Origin: Bacilli bacterium
GTDB taxonomy: Bacteria > Bacillota_I > Bacilli_A > RFN20 > CAG-826
NCBI GenBank assembly: GCA_024408095.1
Contig: JAKSVI010000001.1
Span: forward strand, 33,814-97,813
Length of the DNA stretch: 64,000 nucleotides
Direction of reading: 5' to 3'
This document shows, in pieces, positions 28,535 to 41,660 of the stretch (position 1 is its first letter; each line of letters opens with the position of its first letter). The notes beneath the pieces are model-generated. The model was given only the letters and a program-made list of their open reading frames with translations. It did not search any database and had not been told where the DNA came from. The translations under genes and the position numbers were made by a program.

Positions 28535-28561
28535 ATTTTAAAATATTTTAGCAATCATCTA

Positions 28562-28589
28562 TTGACAGTGCTAACAAACTCACTATAAT
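28562..28589 (+). promoter_or_regulatory. Sigma-A-type promoter of the hrcA-grpE-dnaK-dnaJ operon
   Basis: TTGACA (28562-28567), 16-nt spacer, TATAAT (28584-28589). Confidence 0.65.
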
Positions 28590-28594
28590 AGTAA

Positions 28595-28621
28595 TTAGCA
28601 ATCTCAAAAAAAGAGTGCTAA
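28595..28621 (+). promoter_or_regulatory. CIRCE operator (HrcA binding site)
   Basis: TTAGCAATC-N9-GAGTGCTAA, one mismatch from the consensus TTAGCACTC-N9-GAGTGCTAA. It lies between the promoter and the hrcA RBS. Confidence 0.85.
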
Positions 28622-28637
28622 AAAGGAGGTTGATACT

Positions 28638-29684
28638 ATGGCATTAAATAGAAGCGACATTATTCTCAAATATATTGTTGAATACTTTATTAAACATGCC
28701 CAACCAGTTGGCAGCCAAACCCTTATTGATGAATATAAGCTAAATTATTCAAGTGCTACAATACGAAACGAAATGGTTTTATTAGAAAAACTTGGATACC
28801 TAGAAAAAACACATACATCAAGTGGGCGCGTTCCTTCTAGTAAAGGTTATAAATACTATTGTGAGCACCTTAGAAGTGGTGAAGTTGACGAATCGTTGAA
28901 AAACTCGTTGCAAACAGTATTAACCCAAAAAATTCAATCAATTGAAGAGGTTATTAAAGAAAGTTGTGAGATATTATCTCATATGACAAATCTGGTCAGT
29001 GTTGTTATGGGTCCGGATGAAAAAAGTGAAAGACTCGCCAGCATACAGCTAATTCCAATTAGTGAAACAAGTATAACCGCAGTATTTGTAACCGATAAAG
29101 GATATGTCGAAAACAAAACATTTATCGTTCCAAACCAAATGAAAGTTAATGAGATTGTTCAATGTGTTCAATTATTAAACGATCGATTAAAAGGGACGCC
29201 AATTACAGAATTAGTCGACAAAATGCAATCTTTAAAACCTTTATTAAGCGATTACGTAATAAGCCACGATTTAATATATCAAGCATTGCTTGAAACATTC
29301 GTTAGATTCGCAGGCGATAGACTTAGCCTTTATGGAAGAGAAGAATTATTCAGCCATCCAGAGTTTAAAAATAATAGTGATAAGTTGTTAAATGTTCTGA
29401 AATTATTAAACGATTCAAGCATATTGAAGGAAATAGATGGCGAAATGAGGCATGATAATAATGGTGTTGCTCTAAATATTGGCGACATTGAAGGTAACCC
29501 TGACATTTCAATGGTTACTGCCAAATTCAAGCTGGGAAACGAAGGAGAAAGTACAATTGCTCTATTAGGACCGACAAGAATGGATTACGATAAAGCCATG
29601 AGCGCACTCGAATATCTATCAAATGAATTAGCTAAATATTTCGATGGTCAAAATAAAGGAGGTACAAGCGGTGGTGAAGCATAA
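28638..29684 (+). CDS. hrcA: Heat-inducible transcription repressor HrcA
   Basis: 348 aa. N-terminal winged HTH. Operon context with CIRCE. Confidence 0.9.
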   Translation: MALNRSDIILKYIVEYFIKHAQPVGSQTLIDEYKLNYSSATIRNEMVLLEKLGYLEKTHTSSGRVPSSKGYKYYCEHLRSGEVDESLKNSLQTVLTQKIQSIEEVIKESCEILSHMTNLVSVVMGPDEKSERLASIQLIPISETSITAVFVTDKGYVENKTFIVPNQMKVNEIVQCVQLLNDRLKGTPITELVDKMQSLKPLLSDYVISHDLIYQALLETFVRFAGDRLSLYGREELFSHPEFKNNSDKLLNVLKLLNDSSILKEIDGEMRHDNNGVALNIGDIEGNPDISMVTAKFKLGNEGESTIALLGPTRMDYDKAMSALEYLSNELAKYFDGQNKGGTSGGEA

Positions 29685-30237
29685 CGAAGATAAAGAAATT
29701 AACGAAGAAGTTGTTGAACCAACAAAAAAAGAAAAAAAGAAGATTGAAAAGCTCGAAGAAGAAATAGCAAAACTCAAAAGTGATGCAGAGCATTGGAAAA
29801 ATGAGTATTATCGAGCTTACGCAGATACAAAAAACCTTCGAAATAATCTAGAAAAAGATCATAGTGAAGCAATGAAGTATCGTGCGGAAGGATTTATTGA
29901 AAATCTATTACCAATCCTCGACAGTTTCCATCTCGCACTTGGAAGCGAACCTGAAGACCCGAACTTAAAGAATTATCTTACAGGATTCCAATTTATATAT
30001 AAAAATCTCGTAAGCGTATTAGAGAGCGAAGGGGTAACGGAAATATCACCAAAAATAAATGAAAAGTTCGATCCAAACGTCATGGAAGCGGTAGATACTG
30101 TTGAAGATGATGGAGAAAGCAATTTAATTAAAAAAATCTACGGAAAAGGATACAAATTACACGATCGTTTAGTAAGACCCGCAATGGTGAGTGTTACTAA
30201 GAAAAAAGAAGAAAAAAAGGACAATGCTGATGCATAA
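29644..30237 (+). CDS. grpE: Nucleotide exchange factor GrpE
   Basis: 197 aa. Coiled-coil N-terminus and GrpE C-terminal beta domain. Confidence 0.9.
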   Translation: MVKIKEVQAVVKHNEDKEINEEVVEPTKKEKKKIEKLEEEIAKLKSDAEHWKNEYYRAYADTKNLRNNLEKDHSEAMKYRAEGFIENLLPILDSFHLALGSEPEDPNLKNYLTGFQFIYKNLVSVLESEGVTEISPKINEKFDPNVMEAVDTVEDDGESNLIKKIYGKGYKLHDRLVRPAMVSVTKKKEEKKDNADA

Positions 30238-32088
<1,851 letters not shown>

Positions 32089-32112
32089 ATTAAATAAACG
32101 AATTTGTCCATT

Positions 32113-32132
32113 GGGGCCTATAGGCCCCTTTC
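32113..32132 (+). other. GC-rich hairpin in the dnaK-dnaJ intergenic region (possible partial terminator or processing site)
   Basis: GGGGCC-TATA-GGCCCC followed by TTTCGGG. It stands out in 30% GC DNA. Confidence 0.4.
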
Positions 32133-32154
32133 GGGCATATAGAAAGGATATTAT

Positions 32155-33297
32155 ATGGCAGAAAAGAAAGATTATTATGAATCTCTAGGTGTAAGCAAAA
32201 ACGCTAGCAAAGACGAAATCAAAAGTGCCTATCGAAAATTAGCAAAAAAATACCATCCAGACAACAAAGAAACTGGTAGTGAAGCCAAATTCAAAGAGGT
32301 TCAAGAGGCATATGATGTTCTTTATGATGACCAAAAACGAAGCGCGTATGACCAATTTGGGCATGCTGCTTTTAGCCAAACGGGTGGTGGTCCAGGAGGT
32401 GGAAATCCATTTAATGGTGCTGATTTCTCCAATTTCCAAGGATTTGGTGACATGGGTGGATTTGGTGACATTTTCTCCTCATTTTTTGGAGGCGGATCCC
32501 GTTCTAATAGAAACACCGGCCCAACACAAGGTGAAGACATGGTCATGCGTGTCAAAATTGACTTTATGGATGCTGTTTTGGGAAGAGATATTGAAATATC
32601 TATTAATCACGATGAAGAGTGCCCAAATTGTCACGGAACCGGTGCAAAAACACCAAACGATATAAGAACATGTCCTACTTGCGGTGGAACTGGTTCAGTT
32701 CGTATGCAAAGAAGAACAATGTTCGGAGTTATGGAAAATCAAGAAGTTTGTCCTAACTGCCACGGTAGTGGAAAAGTTATTTCTGATTATTGTCCAAAAT
32801 GTGGTGGAAAAGGCTATGTTAGAGTTAAAAAACAACTCAAAATTCATATTCCAGTTGGCATCAATGAAGGTCAGCAGATTCGCGTTGCAGGAATGGGCGA
32901 AATCGGGCAAAGGGGTGGCCCACATGGCGATTTATATGTCGAAGTCACCATCAAACCACATCAATATTTCAAACGCGAAAGAAATGATATTCATATAAAT
33001 GTTCCAATTGATTTTACTGACGCTATTTTAGGAACTAATCTTGATATTCCTACTGTAAACGGCGATGTTTCTTTAACAATTCCACCTGGTACTCAAGTTA
33101 ATCAAATTTTAAGAATGAGAGGTCAAGGAATAAAGGATTTAAGAAACGGAAAGCCAGGCGATCAATATGTCCATCTTGATATCAAAATGCCTTCTAATTT
33201 AAATAAAGAGCAGAGAGCAATTTTAGAGAATTATCGAAACACTTATACCAAAAAAGACTCATGGTTCTCAAAATTCAAAAAAAATTTCACAAATTAA
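32155..33297 (+). CDS. dnaJ: Chaperone DnaJ (Hsp40)
   Basis: 380 aa. J-domain HPD (KYHPDNK), G/F-rich region, four CxxCxGxG zinc-finger repeats. Confidence 0.95.
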   Translation: MAEKKDYYESLGVSKNASKDEIKSAYRKLAKKYHPDNKETGSEAKFKEVQEAYDVLYDDQKRSAYDQFGHAAFSQTGGGPGGGNPFNGADFSNFQGFGDMGGFGDIFSSFFGGGSRSNRNTGPTQGEDMVMRVKIDFMDAVLGRDIEISINHDEECPNCHGTGAKTPNDIRTCPTCGGTGSVRMQRRTMFGVMENQEVCPNCHGSGKVISDYCPKCGGKGYVRVKKQLKIHIPVGINEGQQIRVAGMGEIGQRGGPHGDLYVEVTIKPHQYFKRERNDIHINVPIDFTDAILGTNLDIPTVNGDVSLTIPPGTQVNQILRMRGQGIKDLRNGKPGDQYVHLDIKMPSNLNKEQRAILENYRNTYTKKDSWFSKFKKNFTN

Positions 33298-33318
33298 GAC
33301 CCTTTGGGTCTTTTTTTA
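33298..33318 (+). terminator. Rho-independent terminator after dnaJ
   Basis: AGACCC-TTT-GGGTCT followed by TTTTTTT. Confidence 0.7.
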
Positions 33319-33330
33319 TTCTCAAAAAAT

Positions 33331-33379
33331 AAATTAATAAAAATTGAAAAAACCTCCGAACAACTTATATAGGAGGTTT
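33331..33379 (+). promoter_or_regulatory. Copy 2 of the conserved 49-nt leader element, 4 nt upstream of the ATG of the C39-like membrane protein
   Basis: AAATTAATAAAAATTGAAAAAACCTCCGAACAACTTATATAGGAGGTTT. It has 2 mismatches against copy 1. The inverted repeat AACCTCC/GGAGGTT is perfect here. Confidence 0.7.
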
Positions 33380-33383
33380 AAAA

Positions 33384-34577
33384 ATGTATTTTATCCAACA
33401 AAGTAATGACAGCGATTGTGGCTTCGCTTGTCTAAAAATGATTCTCGCTATTAAAAATAAGGATAAAAATTATCTATATTTGTTTTGTCCAGATATTGAA
33501 CATAAAAATTATTCTTATAAAGAGTTAATTGATTTAGCGAAACAAAACGGTTTATCTTTAAACGGTTATCGGTTTACAAACAAACTCGAAATCAAAAAGG
33601 AAAAAAATTTTCCATTTATTGCGTCAATCAGGAATGCCAATCATGCAGTAGTGATAAAGAGCATCAAGATGGGACGTGTAAAAATTTATGATCCAAGTTT
33701 AGGAGTATATTCACTTTCTCTCAAGAAATTTTGTGAGATTTGGGATGGAACAGCTCTGCTTGTTGAAAGTTTTGAAAAGAGGCAATATCCATTTGCAATA
33801 GATAATATATTATCTATAAAACATCGAATTTGTTTAGCATCTTTGCAAATTTTTGATGTTATATTATGTGCATTAGCAATTTTCTTTATGGACAAAAAAT
33901 ATCCAAGTATTTTAATGTGGATATTCACAATCGCATTTATATTGCTAGCAATTATAACGCTTTTTTATTCATTCAACATTTCCAACAAAATGGATAAAAA
34001 ATTTGAAAGTAAAGCTAGTAATGTTAAAAGTAACAAATATTACGACTACTATATAAATTGTGAAAAATTAAAAGCTAAAACAATAAGTTATCCAACCAAT
34101 TTTATAAGTGCATTGTTTATTTCCGTAATTGCGATGGTAATTATTTTATTAAACGGTTATATCAATATTGTATATATCGTTTCATGTTTAGTTGTTGCAA
34201 TTATTAGAGCGCTTCTTGTCGATCCATATACAAGAAAAAAGAATGTCACAATGTACGAACTAGAAAATAAAATGCGAAATCTTAATAATCTCAATGATTA
34301 TATGTCCAACGTAAAATTATGCCACGCCCATTCTAAAAGCTATTCCAAGGTTGTTCTAATCGGAACAATCATTGAAGTTGTTACATTAATGATGATTCCA
34401 GTCATTATGATGCTGTCGAACAACATCGCGAATGTAACTTATGTCTTATTATATTTGTGCCTTGAGTTATGTTTATCTAAATCATTACGAGATTTGCTTA
34501 ATTGTAGCAACGATAAAAACGACTACCATTTGCTTCTATCTAATTTCTACAATCAAACAAATAATAAAAACAAGTAA
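33384..34577 (+). CDS. Peptidase C39-like domain fused to a polytopic membrane domain (no ABC ATPase domain)
   Basis: 397 aa. The N-terminal roughly 140 aa contain the C39 catalytic signature QQSNDSDCGFACLKMILAI (Cys), His in ANHAVVIKS and Asp in KIYDPSLG. At least 5 predicted TM helices follow. There is no Walker A or B. Confidence 0.6.
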   Translation: MYFIQQSNDSDCGFACLKMILAIKNKDKNYLYLFCPDIEHKNYSYKELIDLAKQNGLSLNGYRFTNKLEIKKEKNFPFIASIRNANHAVVIKSIKMGRVKIYDPSLGVYSLSLKKFCEIWDGTALLVESFEKRQYPFAIDNILSIKHRICLASLQIFDVILCALAIFFMDKKYPSILMWIFTIAFILLAIITLFYSFNISNKMDKKFESKASNVKSNKYYDYYINCEKLKAKTISYPTNFISALFISVIAMVIILLNGYINIVYIVSCLVVAIIRALLVDPYTRKKNVTMYELENKMRNLNNLNDYMSNVKLCHAHSKSYSKVVLIGTIIEVVTLMMIPVIMMLSNNIANVTYVLLYLCLELCLSKSLRDLLNCSNDKNDYHLLLSNFYNQTNNKNK

Positions 34578-34610
34578 TAATCAGACAGTTATCTGTGATA
34601 AAATCAAAGT

Positions 34611-35057
34611 ATGAATTTTGATTTCACATCATATAATAAAAATTTTGATAACTATGAAGCAATTTTTATTCAAATAGCCGAAAAAGCCTTAAAGTATTTA
34701 GAAATTAAAGCTGACATCACTTTAAGTGTGTCACTAGTTGACAATAAGTTTATTCACCAGTTAAACAAGGAATACCGCAAAATCGATTCCCCAACTGATG
34801 TAATATCGTTCGCCTTTTTAGACAACAATGTTAATAGAGAAAAATTATTAAAATCTACTGCAAGTTTAGTATTGGGTGATATTTATATCTCAATAGAAAA
34901 AGCCAAACAACAGGCCGCTGAATATGGCCACAATATCGATAGAGAACTATCTTTCTTGTTCGCTCATGGATTATTGCACTTATTAGGTTACGATCATATG
35001 ACAAAGCAAGATGAAGAAATTATGTTTCCACTTCAAGAAAAATTACTATCTTTATAA
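34611..35057 (+). CDS. ybeY: Endoribonuclease YbeY (rRNA maturation factor)
   Basis: 148 aa. Zinc-binding HGLLHLLGYDH motif. Confidence 0.9.
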   Translation: MNFDFTSYNKNFDNYEAIFIQIAEKALKYLEIKADITLSVSLVDNKFIHQLNKEYRKIDSPTDVISFAFLDNNVNREKLLKSTASLVLGDIYISIEKAKQQAAEYGHNIDRELSFLFAHGLLHLLGYDHMTKQDEEIMFPLQEKLLSL

Positions 35058-35071
35058 GGAGAGATGCGTTT

Positions 35072-35476
35072 ATGGACAAAATGGAATTAATTGAAAAAGC
35101 AAAAGAAGCTAGAAACCTTTCTTATTCGCCTTACAGCAACTTTGCAGTTGGCGCTGCAATTTTATGCAAAGACGGGAGAATTTTCTTAGGTGCAAATGTA
35201 GAAAATGCTTCTTACCCTTTATGCATGTGTGCTGAAAGAAATGCAGTATACAATGCATATATGAATGGCTACAAAAAAGATGATTTTGAGGCTCTTGCGT
35301 TATGTACCGATACAGATGAGCCATCTTCACCTTGTGGAGCATGTAGACAGGTTTTAAGTGAATTATTTCCAGCTAAGGCGCCAATTTATATGAGTGCAGT
35401 TAATGGCAAAATAGTGGAAACCACAATTAAAGAACTCTTGCCATATGCTTTTAGCGAAGAAGATTTGAAAAAATGA
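35072..35476 (+). CDS. cdd: Cytidine deaminase
   Basis: 134 aa. CAERNA and PCGACRQ zinc-binding motifs. Confidence 0.9.
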   Translation: MDKMELIEKAKEARNLSYSPYSNFAVGAAILCKDGRIFLGANVENASYPLCMCAERNAVYNAYMNGYKKDDFEALALCTDTDEPSSPCGACRQVLSELFPAKAPIYMSAVNGKIVETTIKELLPYAFSEEDLKK

Positions 35477-36360
35477 AATCAGGTTTTGTTTCCATTTTAG
35501 GCAGACCAAATGTTGGCAAATCAACGCTTTTAAATGCGATATTGAATCATAAAATCAGTATTGTTACAGATAAAAGTCAAACAACAAGAAATACAATCCG
35601 CGGTATCTATAATAGCGATCATTCACAAATTATTTTTATTGATACTCCAGGAATTCACAAACCATATGCTAAATTGAGTCAAGAAATGAACAATATGGCT
35701 TATTCTTCTGCTCATAATGCCGATATCAATATTCTTGTAGTTGATTCTGGCGAACAATTTGGCGATGGTGATGAATATATTTTGTCCCATTTAGATATAA
35801 GCAACACACCGTTGATAATTGTTTTTAACAAAATTGATTTAACAAGAATTGATAAAATTACTAAATTAAAAGAAATTTATTCAAATAAGTTTCCGAAAGC
35901 AGTTTTAATCGAAACAGTAGCAAAGGAAAAGTTTAACGTTGATCAACTTATTTCTAGTATTGAAGCTTTGCTTCCTGAATGCGAAAGATACTATAGTGAT
36001 GATTTATTATCTGATAAGGATGAAATTTTTCAAATAAAAGAAATTATAAGAGAAAAAACTTTAAAAATATTAAAACAAGAGGTCCCACATTCTATCGCTA
36101 TTTATATTGATAACATTGAATGGGAGAAGAATCCAATGCTGATTCAGGCCACAATTTTTGTCGAAAAGGAAAGCCAAAAAGGAATCGTGATTGGAGCCAA
36201 CGGCAAAAGAATTAAACTTATTGGTCAAAAATCAAGAGAAAGTATAGAAGCATTGTTGCATAAACATGTTTATTTGGAGCTACTTGTAAAAGTTGAACCA
36301 GACTGGCGAGACAACCCTGAACTTTTAGAAAAATTTGGATACAAATACAAAAACAATTAA
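35473..36360 (+). CDS. era: GTPase Era
   Basis: 295 aa. G1 GRPNVGKST, G3 DTPG and KH domain at the C-terminus. Confidence 0.9.
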   Translation: MKSGFVSILGRPNVGKSTLLNAILNHKISIVTDKSQTTRNTIRGIYNSDHSQIIFIDTPGIHKPYAKLSQEMNNMAYSSAHNADINILVVDSGEQFGDGDEYILSHLDISNTPLIIVFNKIDLTRIDKITKLKEIYSNKFPKAVLIETVAKEKFNVDQLISSIEALLPECERYYSDDLLSDKDEIFQIKEIIREKTLKILKQEVPHSIAIYIDNIEWEKNPMLIQATIFVEKESQKGIVIGANGKRIKLIGQKSRESIEALLHKHVYLELLVKVEPDWRDNPELLEKFGYKYKNN

Positions 36361-37073
36361 TGAAATGCATAATTATTTCAACTAAAAAATATAAAGAGAA
36401 GGACGCTTTAATAACCGCTATAACAGAAAAAGAAGTTATAACGTTCCATGCCAAAAGTGTCTTAGATTCAAAAAGTAAATTCACTTTTCTGAATGTTCCT
36501 TTATCTAAAATTGATGTCACCTTTATTGAAGGAAAATATAAATACCCTTTAATGAAAGAAGCATCTATAGTTTCTAGCCCTTTGAAAAATAAATCGACAT
36601 TATATCAAATGTCTTTATTAATGCTAATTCAAGAAGCGATAAATGGCATGCTTCAAGAAGAGGAAAAATATTTAGTTTATCCGATATTATCTGATATTTT
36701 AGATAATTTAGATAAAAATGTTTCTCCACAATTCATATCAATTTATTTTTTATGCCATTTGTTAAAAATATCGGGATATGAATTTGAATTGAATCGCTGT
36801 TTATTTTGTGGCGAAAAGAAAGATATTGTCGCTTTTTCCTTTAAAGATGGTGGATTTGTTTGCCGAAACTGTATAACTGATGACATAGATCAAGACTTAA
36901 CTGTCGAACAAATGAAAATTATTTTAGCTTTATTTAAGTCACAAAACATATCTGATCTTTCTAAATATGAATTTTTAAATGAAGATATTATGGACTTATT
37001 CAATAAATTGAATGTTTTCATTATTGACAACTATTCAATTCGTTTGAGAAGTCTAGACTTATTAAATAATTAA
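36360..37073 (+). CDS. recO: DNA repair protein RecO
   Basis: 237 aa. OB-fold N-terminus and zinc finger CLFCGEKK...CRNC. Conserved era-recO-glyQS synteny. Confidence 0.8.
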   Translation: MKCIIISTKKYKEKDALITAITEKEVITFHAKSVLDSKSKFTFLNVPLSKIDVTFIEGKYKYPLMKEASIVSSPLKNKSTLYQMSLLMLIQEAINGMLQEEEKYLVYPILSDILDNLDKNVSPQFISIYFLCHLLKISGYEFELNRCLFCGEKKDIVAFSFKDGGFVCRNCITDDIDQDLTVEQMKIILALFKSQNISDLSKYEFLNEDIMDLFNKLNVFIIDNYSIRLRSLDLLNN

Positions 37074-37168
37074 TTATTTATTTTATAAAAAGTTCACTCA
37101 TAATAGGTTGACACATTGACCATAAAAGTGTATTCTTTTTTCACATACTTTTTGGGAGGCAAATTATT

Positions 37169-38542
37169 ATGTCGAATAATCAATTTGAAAAATATTGTAA
37201 TCACTTTATTACCTCAGGATTTTATTATCAGGGTTCTGAAATATATGGTGGTTTATCAAATACATGGGATTATGGTCCATTAGGAGTTGAAATTAAATCT
37301 AACATTCAAAAAATGTGGTGGAAAAAATTTGTTCAAGAATCTGAAACAAATGTTGGAATAGATGCAGCTATTTTAATGAATCCAAAAGTTTGGGAGGCCA
37401 CCGGACACGTTCAAACATTTAATGATCCATTAATTGATTGCAAAAAATGTAAACAACGTTTTAGAGCTGATCAGCTTATCGAAAATCAATTTCCAGATGT
37501 CGATGTTAACGCCATGACAAACGAGCAAATGATTGATTTTATTAGAAAAAATCATGTCAAATGTCCAAATTGTGGATCAGAAGATTTTACTGATATAAGA
37601 CAATTTAACATGATGTTTAAAACGCACATCGGTGTAACAGAAGATAGTAAATCCACAGTTTATATGAGGCCAGAAACCGCCCAAGGCATGTTCACTAACT
37701 TCAAAAATGTTATTAGAACAACAAGAAGAAAACTCCCAATAGGCATTTGCAATGTTGGCAAAGCTTTTAGAAATGAAATTACTCCTGGGCAAATGACATT
37801 TAGAACAAGAGAATTTACCCAGATGGAGATGGAATTTTTCTGTAAGCCAGGCGAAGATCTTGAATGGTTTAAATACTGGAAAAATCAATGTTTAAATTTT
37901 GTTTCCGATTTAGGAATTAAAAAAGAAAATTTAAGATACAGAGATCACGAACCTGCTGAATTAGCATTTTATTCAAAAGCTACAACAGATATCGAATTTT
38001 TATTTCCTTTTGGTTGGGGCGAAGTCTGGGGCATTGCGGACAGAACAGATTATGATTTAAAACGTCATATGCAATATAGCGGGGAATCACTAGAATATTT
38101 AGATCCAGAAACAAATGAAAAATTAATTCCTTATTGTATAGAACCTTCTGTTGGTTTGGATAGATTGGTTTTAATGACATTATGTAATGCATACGATGAG
38201 GAAGCTCTCGATGGTGGGGATACTAGAATAGTAATGCATTTTACTCCTGCAGTTGCGCCTTATAAAGCTGCAATTTTCCCATTGAGTAAGAAACTGGAAG
38301 AAAAAGCGAAAGAAGTACTACATTTATTGAATAAAAAGATGGTTGTTGTCTACGATGATACTGGAAGCATTGGAAAACGTTATCGTCGTCAAGACGCTAT
38401 TGGAACACCATTTTGCGTAACAATAGATTTTCAAACTGAAGAAGATAACGCAGTCACAATAAGAGAACGTGATTCAATGCAACAAGTACGAATCCCAATA
38501 AACGAATTGGCAGCATATTTGGAGGAAAAAATTAATTATTAA
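37169..38542 (+). CDS. glyQS: Glycine--tRNA ligase (homodimeric GlyQS type)
   Basis: 457 aa. Class II motifs and C-terminal anticodon-binding domain. No T-box in the 95-nt upstream region. Confidence 0.9.
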   Translation: MSNNQFEKYCNHFITSGFYYQGSEIYGGLSNTWDYGPLGVEIKSNIQKMWWKKFVQESETNVGIDAAILMNPKVWEATGHVQTFNDPLIDCKKCKQRFRADQLIENQFPDVDVNAMTNEQMIDFIRKNHVKCPNCGSEDFTDIRQFNMMFKTHIGVTEDSKSTVYMRPETAQGMFTNFKNVIRTTRRKLPIGICNVGKAFRNEITPGQMTFRTREFTQMEMEFFCKPGEDLEWFKYWKNQCLNFVSDLGIKKENLRYRDHEPAELAFYSKATTDIEFLFPFGWGEVWGIADRTDYDLKRHMQYSGESLEYLDPETNEKLIPYCIEPSVGLDRLVLMTLCNAYDEEALDGGDTRIVMHFTPAVAPYKAAIFPLSKKLEEKAKEVLHLLNKKMVVVYDDTGSIGKRYRRQDAIGTPFCVTIDFQTEEDNAVTIRERDSMQQVRIPINELAAYLEEKINY

Positions 38543-38544
38543 TT

Positions 38545-40329
38545 ATGGCTTTTGATCAATCGCTAATTGATGACATTTTGAAACATGCAGATATTGTAAG
38601 AGTAATTTCTTCATATCTCAATTTGACAAAAAAAGGCAAAAACTTTTTAGCTGTTTGCCCTTTTCACGATGATTCAAATCCATCATTAACGATTTCTCCT
38701 GAAAAGCAAATATTTAAATGCTTTGTTTGCGGTACCAGCGGCAACGCTATAACATTTGTTCAAAAATATGAACACTTAACTTTTATGGAAGCCATGAAAA
38801 AGGTTGCAGATTTAAGTGATTATCATCCTGATTTTCTATCTTCATTTGCAAAAGAAGAACATGTTGATGAAAGAAAAAAAACAATTTTGAAATGCTTAAA
38901 AGATTTGACAACCTATTATCAATACGCTTTAAACACTGAAGAAGGCAAAGCGGGCCTAGAATATTTTGAATCACGACACCTAGATAGTGAAATGAGAAAC
39001 AAATATATGCTTGGTTACGCCTTTAATGACGGAAGATCCAATTGCCAATATTTATTAAATAAAGGACATTCGTTAAAAACAATAGAAGATACTGGAATCG
39101 CTCTAGCAAATAGTGGTTCTTGTGTTGATAAGAATCAGGGCAGAGTTATTTTTCCTATCGCTGATCAGGACGGAAATATAATAGGCTATTCAGCTAGAAG
39201 AATTAAAGATAATGATGAGGCAAAATATGTAAATTCACCTGAAACATATGTATTTAATAAGAGCTCTGTTTTATATAATTATCACATTGCAAAATCTGCT
39301 TCTAAACTTAAAGGCTACATATATGTTCTAGAAGGATTTATGGATGTTTTTGCGCTTTCACGAATCGGTATAGACGCCGCCGTTGCTTTAATGGGCACAG
39401 CCTTAACTAGCGAACACATTTCAATGTTAAGAAAACTAAATGTTGAAATTAGATTATGCCTCGATGGCGATTTGCCAGGCCAAAAAGCAATGATGAAATG
39501 TGCAAAAATGTTTGATGAAGCCGGATTAAATTACAGAATCGTTGATAATCAAGGCTCTTCAAAAGACCCTGATGAAATTCTTAATGATGATGGACCAGAG
39601 GCGCTTAAAAATTACCTAAATAATTTAATTAATAGAATTGATTTTTCATTAAATTTCTACCTAAGAAACAATCAGCTTTCTACAAATAAAGACAAAAAGG
39701 ATTTAATTATTAATTTTTTACCTATCTTATTGAACGTTAAAAGTAGATTAGAATTTGATAATTATGTCCATAAATTGAGCAAAATTACTGGCTTTGATTC
39801 CGAATCTATTACTTCATTAGTTAATCGTTCAAGACAGTCTAATAAAGATGAAATTTCTAAGCAAATTCAAAACTTTCATCCTGAACGAAAATTAATGAGA
39901 AGGCTTCAACTTGCCGAAAGAGAAGTTTTGTTTCAAATGTTAAATAATAAGTACGCTATTCAATTTTATGAAGAAAAAATCACTGGATTCTATGATGAAA
40001 TATATCGTTCAATCGCCAATTTTGTAATTGAATATGCTGAAAAACACGATGACATTGATGCATCAGGACTAATATCTAACATAGAAGCTAGTGGAATCAA
40101 TAATAAGGATGAACTAATTAATGAATTATCAACGTTAATATTGGAAAAAAATCATCCCAATACATGCGACGATGTATATTTAAACAATTTGCTTGCATCA
40201 ATTAGTGATGAAAAAGAGAAAATATTTGAAAAAGATATATTGTCTTCATCTTTAGAAGGCAAAGACCCATTGGAACAAGCGCGAATAATCGCTGACTATA
40301 ATGCTCGTAGAAAAAGCAAATTACATTAG
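38545..40329 (+). CDS. dnaG: DNA primase
   Basis: 594 aa. Zinc ribbon [32 protein letters not shown] domain (EGFMDV), C-terminal helicase-binding domain. Confidence 0.9.
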   Translation: MAFDQSLIDDILKHADIVRVISSYLNLTKKGKNFLAVCPFHDDSNPSLTISPEKQIFKCFVCGTSGNAITFVQKYEHLTFMEAMKKVADLSDYHPDFLSSFAKEEHVDERKKTILKCLKDLTTYYQYALNTEEGKAGLEYFESRHLDSEMRNKYMLGYAFNDGRSNCQYLLNKGHSLKTIEDTGIALANSGSCVDKNQGRVIFPIADQDGNIIGYSARRIKDNDEAKYVNSPETYVFNKSSVLYNYHIAKSASKLKGYIYVLEGFMDVFALSRIGIDAAVALMGTALTSEHISMLRKLNVEIRLCLDGDLPGQKAMMKCAKMFDEAGLNYRIVDNQGSSKDPDEILNDDGPEALKNYLNNLINRIDFSLNFYLRNNQLSTNKDKKDLIINFLPILLNVKSRLEFDNYVHKLSKITGFDSESITSLVNRSRQSNKDEISKQIQNFHPERKLMRRLQLAEREVLFQMLNNKYAIQFYEEKITGFYDEIYRSIANFVIEYAEKHDDIDASGLISNIEASGINNKDELINELSTLILEKNHPNTCDDVYLNNLLASISDEKEKIFEKDILSSSLEGKDPLEQARIIADYNARRKSKLH

Positions 40330-40340
40330 GAGGATCTATC

Positions 40341-41660
40341 ATGAGTAAAGAAGAAAAGAAAGAAAAGCAGGCATCCAAAACAGTTAAGAAAACTGAGCCA
40401 AAGAAGAAACCAAAAAAATCTTCAAAAAAAGAGAATACTAAAAAAACTACTTCAAAAAATGGAAAAGAATTGAAAGAAATTCCAACATTGACAGAAGTTA
40501 AAGAAAAGCTACTAAAAAAAGCAAATGAAAATGACAATTCTCTTGATCAAAGCGAAATATATGATGTTTTACAAAAATATGAACTAGATGATGACATTAT
40601 TGATGAATTGATTGATTATTTTAAGGAAAATGGCATCGAAGTTGAGAGCCTTGATGGAGAAGATGAAGACTTCGAAGAGGAATTTGATGAGAGCAAAATT
40701 GATTTCAACGAAGTAGAAGAACCTGATGATTCATTTTTTGAAAAACAGGATGAAGGTGAAACGGAAGAAGACCTTGATTTTGATATGGAACATCTAGACG
40801 CGACATTAGGTGGAGAAGTCCGCGTCAACGATTCAGTTAAAATGTATCTAAAAGAAATCGGTAAATACAACTTATTAAAGCAGGACGAAGAGCAATTGCT
40901 TGCAAAAAGAGCTCGTGATGATCATGACGAAGAAGCAAAAGCTAAATTAATCAATTGTAATTTACGTTTAGTTGTTAATATTGCTAAACACTATGTTGGA
41001 AGGGGAATGCTCTTCCTAGATTTAATTCAAGAAGGCAATCTTGGCTTAATGAAGGCGGTTGAAAAATTCGAATATCAAAAAGGATTTAAATTTTCAACTT
41101 ATGCGACATGGTGGATTAGGCAAGCCATTACTCGTGCTATTGCCGATCAAGCAAGAACAATTAGAATTCCAGTCCACATGGTTGAAACAATTAATAAAAT
41201 GACTCGTGTCCAAAGACAATTAATTCAAGAATATGGACGTGAACCTACTGCGGAAGAAATTTCAAAAGAAATGGGTGGAGATTTATCACCAAAACGTATT
41301 CGCGAAATTCAAAGAATCGCCATGGAACCAGTTTCACTTGAAACACCAATTGGTGAAGAAGACGATTCTCATTTAGGAGACTTTATCGAAGATAAAGATA
41401 GCGAATCACCTGTTGATTTTACAACTAAGCAATTATTAAATGAAAAATTAGAAATGCTTCTTGGGGATTTAAACGATCGTGAAGAAAAAGTTATTAGAAT
41501 GCGTTATGGACTAGATGATAATCATCCACGCACATTAGAGGAAGTTGGACGTGAATTTGGCGTTACCAGAGAGAGAATTCGTCAAATTGAAGCAAAGGCT
41601 ATCAAAAAATTAAAGCATCCAAATCGTAAAAAACAACTTGGAGACTATAAACTTTCATGA
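40341..41660 (+). CDS. sigA: Primary RNA polymerase sigma factor SigA/RpoD
   Basis: 439 aa. Acidic N-terminal region and regions 2-4, including the rpoD box [24 protein letters not shown]. Confidence 0.95.
   Translation: MSKEEKKEKQASKTVKKTEPKKKPKKSSKKENTKKTTSKNGKELKEIPTLTEVKEKLLKKANENDNSLDQSEIYDVLQKYELDDDIIDELIDYFKENGIEVESLDGEDEDFEEEFDESKIDFNEVEEPDDSFFEKQDEGETEEDLDFDMEHLDATLGGEVRVNDSVKMYLKEIGKYNLLKQDEEQLLAKRARDDHDEEAKAKLINCNLRLVVNIAKHYVGRGMLFLDLIQEGNLGLMKAVEKFEYQKGFKFSTYATWWIRQAITRAIADQARTIRIPVHMVETINKMTRVQRQLIQEYGREPTAEEISKEMGGDLSPKRIREIQRIAMEPVSLETPIGEEDDSHLGDFIEDKDSESPVDFTTKQLLNEKLEMLLGDLNDREEKVIRMRYGLDDNHPRTLEEVGREFGVTRERIRQIEAKAIKKLKHPNRKKQLGDYKLS

Noticed and set aside
37074-37168. Expected T-box leader upstream of glyQS.
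   Set aside because: Only 95 nt of intergenic sequence are present, with no T-box consensus and no terminator/antiterminator.
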